Shown: piece by piece, positions 58,923 to 64,000 of the stretch
Position numbering within the stretch: position 1 is the stretch's first letter
How the letters are laid out: every line of letters begins with the position of its first letter
Assembly (NCBI GenBank): GCA_040392445.1
Contig: JBEBVZ010000010.1
Location: forward strand, 9,686 to 73,685
Source: Verticiella sediminum
GTDB lineage: Bacteria; Pseudomonadota; Gammaproteobacteria; Burkholderiales; Burkholderiaceae_B
DNA length: 64,000 bases
Direction: 5' to 3'
Program-made: the position numbers and the translations under genes
Notes under the pieces: model-generated
The model's database searches: none
Seen by the model: the letters and a program-made list of their open reading frames with translations, nothing else
Told to the model about the DNA's origin: nothing

Positions 58923-61793
58923 TTACAACCGAGCCCGCTGCTCACGAACCTGCTCCAGCGTTTGCCCAAACTGCACAATCCGGCCCTTTTCCTGCTCAAC
59001 CACAGCCGCCGGCGCGCGCGCAACAAAGCCGGGGTTATCCAGCTTGTTCTGCGCCTTGGCGATTTCGCCTTCCAGGCGGGCGATTTCCTTGTCCAGGCGT
59101 GCCTTTTCCGCTGCCACGTCGATTTCCACATGCAGCATCAGGCGGGCGGTGCCCACGACCTGAACCGGTGCGCCCAGGTCTGGCAGCGTATCCACGACCT
59201 TGACTTCCGACAGCTTGGCCAACGCCGCCAGGTAGGGCGCGTTGCGTGTCAGTTCGGCGCTGTCGCCGCTGGCATTCAGGGGCACGCGCTGCGAGGGCGC
59301 CAGGCTCATTTCACCGCGCAGGGCGCGAATGGCATCGACCTGGGCCTTGAGGACGGCCACCTGGGCTTCGGCGTCTTCATCCACCTTGGCCGGGTTGGCC
59401 ACGGGGTAGGGTTGCACGCTGACCGAGGTTTCTTCGCCTTCCTGGCGCTTGCCGGCCGCCACGGATACCTTCTGCCAGAGCTCTTCCGTGATGAAGGGGA
59501 TGATGGGATGAGCCAGGCGCAGCACCGTTTCCAGCACACGGATCAGCGTGCGGCGGGTGGCGCGCTGCTGCGCTTCGTTGCCTTGCTGGATCTGGACCTT
59601 GGCCAGTTCCACATACCAGTCGCAGTATTCGTCCCACACGAAGCGATACAGCGAATTGGCGATGTTGTCGAAGCGGTAGTCGGTAAAGCCGCGGGCGATA
59701 TCGGTTTCGGTGCGTTGCAGCTGGCTGATGATCCACTTGTCGGCAAACGACAGTTCCAGTTCGCCTTCCAGGGAATGGCCTTCGGTGTTCATCAGCACGA
59801 AGCGGGTGGCGTTCCACAGCTTGTTGCAGAAGTTGCGATAGCCTTCGCAGCGCTTCAGGTCGAAGTTGATGTTGCGGCCCAGCGTGGCATAGGCCGCCAT
59901 GGTGAAGCGCAGCGCATCGGTGCCGAAGGCGGGAATGCCCTGCGGGTATTCCTTGCGCGTTTGCTTGGCGATGGCGTCGGCTTGCTTGGGGTTCATCAGG
60001 CCGGTGGTGCGCTTGGCCAGAAGTTCGTCCAGGCCGATGCCGTCGATCAGGTCGACGGGGTCCAGGGTGTTGCCCTTGGACTTGCTCATTTTCTGGCCTT
60101 GGGCATCGCGCACCAGGCCGTGCACGTAGACGTCGCGGAACGGCACCTGGCCGGTGAAGTGCGTGGTCATCATGACCATGCGCGCCACCCAGAAGAAAAT
60201 GATGTCAAAGCCCGTGACCAGCACGCTGGAGGGCAGGTAGCGCGCCAGGTCGGGCGTCTGCTCGGGCCAGCCCAGGGTGGTGAAGGGCACCAGCGCCGAC
60301 GAGAACCAGGTGTCGAGCACGTCTTCATCGCGTTTCAACGCGCCCTGCACGCCGGCGGCGCGCGCCTTGGCCAGGGCTTCTTCCTCGGTCTTGGCCACGA
60401 AGATCTGGCCGTCTTCGGCGTACCAGGCGGGAATCTGGTGACCCCACCACAGCTGGCGCGAAATACACCAGTCCTGGATGTTTTCCAGCCACTGGTTGTA
60501 GGTGGTCGTCCAGTTTTCGGGATAGAACTTGATGCGGCCATCGGCCACCACTTCCAGGGCGACGTCGGTGATCGACTTGCCCGGGTTGAGCGTGCCTTCA
60601 GGCGCGGGTTTGCTCATGGCCACGAACCATTGGTCGGTGAGCATGGGTTCGATCACGCTGCCGGTGCGGTCGCCCTTGGGCTGCATCAGCTTGTGCGGCT
60701 CGATCTTGATCAGGAAGCCTTCGTCCTGCAACTGGGCCACGACGGCCTTGCGCGCGTCGAACCGCTCCAGCCCACGGAACTGCTCGGGGGCGTTGTCGTT
60801 GATGTGCGCATCCAGCGTCAGGATGACGATCAGCGGCAGGTTGTGGCGGATGGCGCAGGCATAGTCGTTGAAGTCGTGCGCGCCGGTGATCTTTACGCAA
60901 CCGGTACCGAAAGCCGGGTCGACGAAGTCGTCGGCAATGATGGGGATGTTGCGATCGCACAGCGGCAGCTGCAGCTCTTTGCCGATCAGGTGGCGGTAGC
61001 GTTCGTCGTCCGGGTGGACGCAGACGGCGGCGTCGCCCAGCATGGTCTCAGGGCGGGTAGTGGCTACCGTCATGCCCTTGATCGTGCGGGTGCTGCCGTC
61101 GGCTTCGGTAATGGTTTGGGGGCCATCCACGAAGGGATACTCGATATGCCACAGATGGCCTTCGGTTTCCTCGGAGATGACTTCCAGGTCGGACACGGCG
61201 GTCAGCAGCTTGGGATCCCAGTTGACCAGGCGCTTGCCGCGGTAGATCAGGCCCTGCTCGTACAGGCGCACGAAGACTTCCAGTACGCCACGCGACAGCT
61301 TGTCGTCCATGGTGAAGTATTCACGCGACCAGTCGGCGGAAGTGCCCAGGCGCCGCATCTGGTTGGTGATGGTGTCGCCCGAGTACTGCTTCCATTCCCA
61401 GACTTTTTCCACGAATTTTTCGCGGCCCAGGTCGTGGCGCGAAATGTTCTGTGCATCCAGTTGGCGCTGCACCACGATTTGCGTGGCGATGCCGGCGTGG
61501 TCGGTACCCGGCACCCACACCGTATCGGCTCCGCGCATGCGGTAGTAGCGCGTCAGGCCGTCCATGATGGTCTGGTTGAAACCATGGCCCATGTGCAGGG
61601 TGCCCGTGACGTTGGGCGGCGGCAACTGGGTAGCGAAGGTGGCTGGTGCGTCGGCATCGCCTTGCACGTGCTTGCCCGCGTCGAAGTAGCCGCGCTTTTG
61701 CCACTCTGGATACCAGCGCGCTTCGATGGCCTGGGGCTCGAAGCTTTTGGGGAGTTCCTGCGAAGTGGCGTCTGGGGCGGTGGGCTGGGTCAT
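58923..61793 (-). CDS. valS: valine--tRNA ligase
   Basis: Start ATG 61793 (MTQPTAPD). HIGH motif [18 protein letters not shown] motif present, and a C-terminal coiled coil. About 956 aa. Confidence 0.95.
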   Translation of the reverse strand: MTQPTAPDATSQELPKSFEPQAIEARWYPEWQKRGYFDAGKHVQGDADAPATFATQLPPPNVTGTLHMGHGFNQTIMDGLTRYYRMRGADTVWVPGTDHAGIATQIVVQRQLDAQNISRHDLGREKFVEKVWEWKQYSGDTITNQMRRLGTSADWSREYFTMDDKLSRGVLEVFVRLYEQGLIYRGKRLVNWDPKLLTAVSDLEVISEETEGHLWHIEYPFVDGPQTITEADGSTRTIKGMTVATTRPETMLGDAAVCVHPDDERYRHLIGKELQLPLCDRNIPIIADDFVDPAFGTGCVKITGAHDFNDYACAIRHNLPLIVILTLDAHINDNAPEQFRGLERFDARKAVVAQLQDEGFLIKIEPHKLMQPKGDRTGSVIEPMLTDQWFVAMSKPAPEGTLNPGKSITDVALEVVADGRIKFYPENWTTTYNQWLENIQDWCISRQLWWGHQIPAWYAEDGQIFVAKTEEEALAKARAAGVQGALKRDEDVLDTWFSSALVPFTTLGWPEQTPDLARYLPSSVLVTGFDIIFFWVARMVMMTTHFTGQVPFRDVYVHGLVRDAQGQKMSKSKGNTLDPVDLIDGIGLDELLAKRTTGLMNPKQADAIAKQTRKEYPQGIPAFGTDALRFTMAAYATLGRNINFDLKRCEGYRNFCNKLWNATRFVLMNTEGHSLEGELELSFADKWIISQLQRTETDIARGFTDYRFDNIANSLYRFVWDEYCDWYVELAKVQIQQGNEAQQRATRRTLIRVLETVLRLAHPIIPFITEELWQKVSVAAGKRQEGEETSVSVQPYPVANPAKVDEDAEAQVAVLKAQVDAIRALRGEMSLAPSQRVPLNASGDSAELTRNAPYLAALAKLSEVKVVDTLPDLGAPVQVVGTARLMLHVEIDVAAEKARLDKEIARLEGEIAKAQNKLDNPGFVARAPAAVVEQEKGRIVQFGQTLEQVREQRARL

Positions 61794-61847
61794 GGGAGGT
61801 TCCGGGAAGTACGAATGCGGCAAACCTTCTATTCTAGGGGATTTGGC

Positions 61848-61886
61848 GCAAAAGCAACGGCGACGCACCCGAGGGGTGGCCGCCGT
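61848..61886 (-). terminator. hairpin terminator downstream of the small membrane-protein gene
   Basis: The minus strand reads ACGGCGGCCACCC-CTC-GGGTGCGTCGCCGT followed by TGCTTTTGC. Confidence 0.55.
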
Positions 61887-61970
61887 GGAAAACTGACCCC
61901 GTTGCAGGGCCTGCCCAGTGGGTTGAGAAGCCTGTCAGACAGCGCTGTTCCCCGATGCCGGGTCAGTTGC

Positions 61971-62195
61971 TTATCCCGACGGCGGGCGCTGGCGGTTCAC
62001 CACCATGCGATCGTGCAGCTCGGTGATGATGCGGCTACCCGTGCTGACACACAGGAAGGGCAGAATGGCATGAACCAGGCAGGCCAGACCGCCCAGCAGC
62101 ATGCGCAAGGAAAATGTCGAGGCAACCCGCAAATGTTCGAAATAGCTTTCGCCAACGGCGCGGGGATGGGTGAGGAATAAGTGTCGTATCGGCAT
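61971..62195 (-). CDS. small conserved membrane protein (DUF6356-like, from memory)
   Basis: 74 aa. LTHPRAVGESYFEH, then one TM (LLGGLACLVHAILPFL). I recall this pattern from small conserved proteobacterial ORFs. Confidence 0.55.
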   Translation of the reverse strand: MPIRHLFLTHPRAVGESYFEHLRVASTFSLRMLLGGLACLVHAILPFLCVSTGSRIITELHDRMVVNRQRPPSG

Positions 62196-62296
62196 CGCTA
62201 AATACTATGCGAATCGGCCCAGCAAATTTTTGCGTTTTATTGCTCGAAAATGGCGGAAAATAGAAAATCTGACTCAGTTTTACGGAAAATGCGATT

Positions 62297-62782
62297 TTGG
62301 CTGCCGCTACCCATATCAAGCTCGATAAAATCGACCTGAAGTTGCTGCAGATCCTGCAGGACGACGCCTCGCTGCCGCTGGCTGAACTGGCGCAAAGGGT
62401 GAATCTTTCGCCCACGCCATGCTGGCGCCGCGTGCAGAAGATGCGTGATGCCGGCATCATTCGCAAACAGGTGATGCTGCTCGATGCCCCCAGCCTGAAC
62501 GCCGGGGTCACCGTGTTTGTCGCCGTCAAGACCAGCCAGCACAATGCCGACTGGCTCGAGCGCTTTGCCCGCGAGGTCAGCAAGATTCCGGAGGTCGTGG
62601 AGTTCTACCGCATGAGCGGCGACGTGGATTATCTCTTGCGTGTGGTGGTGCCCGACATTGCCGGTTACGACCAGGTCTACAAGGAACTGATCCGCACCGC
62701 AGAGCTATCGGACGTAAGTTCGAGCTTTGCCATGGAGCAAATCAAATACACCACGGCCTTGCCGCTGCATTTTCTACCCTGA
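62297..62782 (+). CDS. Lrp/AsnC-family transcriptional regulator
   Basis: TTG start. LDKIDLKLLQILQDDASLPLAELAQRVNLSPTPCWRRVQKM HTH plus an RAM/AsnC_trans_reg domain. 161 aa. Confidence 0.88.
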   Translation: MAAATHIKLDKIDLKLLQILQDDASLPLAELAQRVNLSPTPCWRRVQKMRDAGIIRKQVMLLDAPSLNAGVTVFVAVKTSQHNADWLERFAREVSKIPEVVEFYRMSGDVDYLLRVVVPDIAGYDQVYKELIRTAELSDVSSSFAMEQIKYTTALPLHFLP

Positions 62783-63068
62783 AGGAAAAGCAGCCAGGGC
62801 ATACCTTTTCGATTGGCATCGGCTCGACAGGCAGCTGGTGTTGACCAGCTGCTTCAGCCAGGAAATGGTATTCATTTGCTGACGCCTTTTTTGGTGCGCC
62901 AGGGTAATGTCTGAATGTGCCGAATTATGGTAACAGCGCTTGCATTCGGCATGGAAAAGCGCTACCTTGAACTCACTGCCAAGTAAGCAGCGTGCAGGCC
63001 TCTCAAAGAGGTTCCGGGCACCTGCCGAATCAGCAGCACGGCCACCGACGAGGTGGCCGTTCGCATTT

Positions 63069-63494
63069 TCAGCCCTCGGGCAGTGCGCTCTGCAAGGCCT
63101 TGCGTACGGCGTCGCTAACCAGTTTTTCCAGCGTCGGGTGCAGCGCGTCGAGCACGTCGTCGGTAATGCGCATCACCAGTTCTTCGTCGGGCTCTTCACG
63201 CGTGTCCGGCATTGCCTGGGCCGGGCCGGCTTGCACCAGCTGCGTCAGGACGGGCACCGAGTCGTCGTCGAGATCCGGTTCGGGCGCAAGCTGCGGTTCA
63301 AGTTCCGGTTCAGGTTTCGGTTCAAGTCCAGGCCTGGGCGCAAGCGCGGGTTCGATGCGGGTCGGCGCGGCGGTTTGCGGCGCTGCCGGCTCAGGCGCCA
63401 GGGTCGGCTCATCCTCTTGCGGCGCTTCAGCTTCGCCGAAATGGGGCTCGATCTGGGGGCCGCGCCGGGTGCGGAATGGTGGTAGGTAGGACAT
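63069..63494 (-). CDS. hypothetical acidic Pro/Glu-rich protein co-transcribed with holC
   Basis: 141 aa. Central low-complexity EPKPEPELEPQLAPEPDLDDD and a C-terminal helical segment. The start is 5 nt after the holC stop. Confidence 0.6.
   Translation of the reverse strand: MSYLPPFRTRRGPQIEPHFGEAEAPQEDEPTLAPEPAAPQTAAPTRIEPALAPRPGLEPKPEPELEPQLAPEPDLDDDSVPVLTQLVQAGPAQAMPDTREEPDEELVMRITDDVLDALHPTLEKLVSDAVRKALQSALPEG
63295..63330. repeat. 3 x 12-bp tandem repeat within the acidic protein gene
   Basis: GGTTCAAGTTCC / GGTTCAGGTTTC / GGTTCAAGTCCA, encoding the EP-rich repeats on the minus strand. Confidence 0.8.
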
Positions 63495-63499
63495 AGGTT

Positions 63500-63928
63500 T
63501 CAGGGCAGATCGTTTTTGGCAATATCGTGTTGCACAATAGTGTGGCCGGCGGCCTGGTATTGGCGCCAGCGGGCACGGCCTTCGTTGCGTTCGCGCTCGT
63601 CAGCGGCTACCACCTCGATGATGTTGGCAAAACCGGCGGCGTCGGGTACGCATTCGTCGTCCAGGTTCAAGACCCAAGCCTGGCCCGCGCCGGGCGTCGT
63701 GGCATACAGAACCACCGGTGTTTCGCCCGCCAGCGGGTCTTCGGCGCCCACGTGGGGAACGAATGCGGCGCGCTCGTAGTCCCATAGCATGCGGTCGAAG
63801 GTTTTCAGGCGTGCGGTGTTACGGCAATACACCGCCATGGTGCCGCCCGCCTGATGGTGTTTTGCAACAATCCGGCAGGCTGTATGCAGCCGATCGGGCG
63901 CATTGAACGAAAAATGAATGCTGGTCAT
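63500..63928 (-). CDS. holC: DNA polymerase III subunit chi
   Basis: 142 aa. FSFNAPDRLHTACRIV.., LDRMLW-type motif FDRMLWDY, and FVPH. Confidence 0.85.
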   Translation of the reverse strand: MTSIHFSFNAPDRLHTACRIVAKHHQAGGTMAVYCRNTARLKTFDRMLWDYERAAFVPHVGAEDPLAGETPVVLYATTPGAGQAWVLNLDDECVPDAAGFANIIEVVAADERERNEGRARWRQYQAAGHTIVQHDIAKNDLP

Positions 63929-64000
63929 TTCACAAAGACTACAATAGTCGGTTGACCGACGGAAGCGCCTGGTGAGAGCACTGCGCAGGTGAGCTGGCCG

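Noticed and set aside
58917-62180. 1087-aa ORF on the plus strand
   Set aside because: It is antisense to valS and runs through the valS promoter region and the neighbouring gene. It is a shadow ORF of a very highly conserved gene.
62790-63068. Possible small RNA or peptide gene in the 286-bp spacer between the Lrp-family gene and the acidic-protein gene (hairpins at 62831-62852 and 63040-63062)
   Set aside because: The hairpins are adequately explained as terminators of the two convergent genes. The only ORF there (62940-63485, plus strand) is antisense to the acidic-protein gene and Arg/Gly/Ser-rich.

Overview
This is a 64-kb high-GC chromosomal segment (GC not computed; by eye mid-60s %). 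Gene content and order look like a Burkholderiales betaproteobacterium, most plausibly Alcaligenaceae (Bordetella/Achromobacter-like). The basis is two Bug-family binding proteins, an orphan tctBA pair, ubiE-tim44-ubiJ-ubiB, and engB / cytochrome c4 / resB-ccsB. I call 59 protein-coding genes, and almost all are housekeeping: a UvrA-family ATPase, tcdA, corC-lnt, ilvA, serA, ubiE/J/B, phoBR, apaH, thiG, thiC, ggt, tctBA, zapA, lgt, ilvD, msrA, fumC, hemB, engB, System II cytochrome c biogenesis, ghrA, a fused speD-speE, valS, an Lrp-family regulator and holC. I also call a TPP riboswitch, a 6S RNA, several intrinsic terminators, one intact IS256-family element with target-site duplication, and a 23-nt hairpin repeat family at three intergenic loci. 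I saw no rRNA, tRNA, CRISPR array or prophage. I did not find a convincing new multi-gene system, defence-related or otherwise. The items most worth a second look are four. (1) The REP/MITE-like repeat family, one copy of which splits the ubiquinone cluster. (2) A Bug / crotonase / two-ACAD / CoA-transferase module; one ACAD lacks the catalytic Glu and FAD motif, and the crotonase lacks both hydratase glutamates. (3) A small lower-GC islet between the CoA-transferase gene and valS, carrying a Mut7-C UBL-RNase gene, an orphan gene and IS256. (4) A five-unit, 11-bp-phased Pho-box-like array that abuts the phoB start codon. All homology statements come from reading motifs by eye and from memory of the families; no database search was run.
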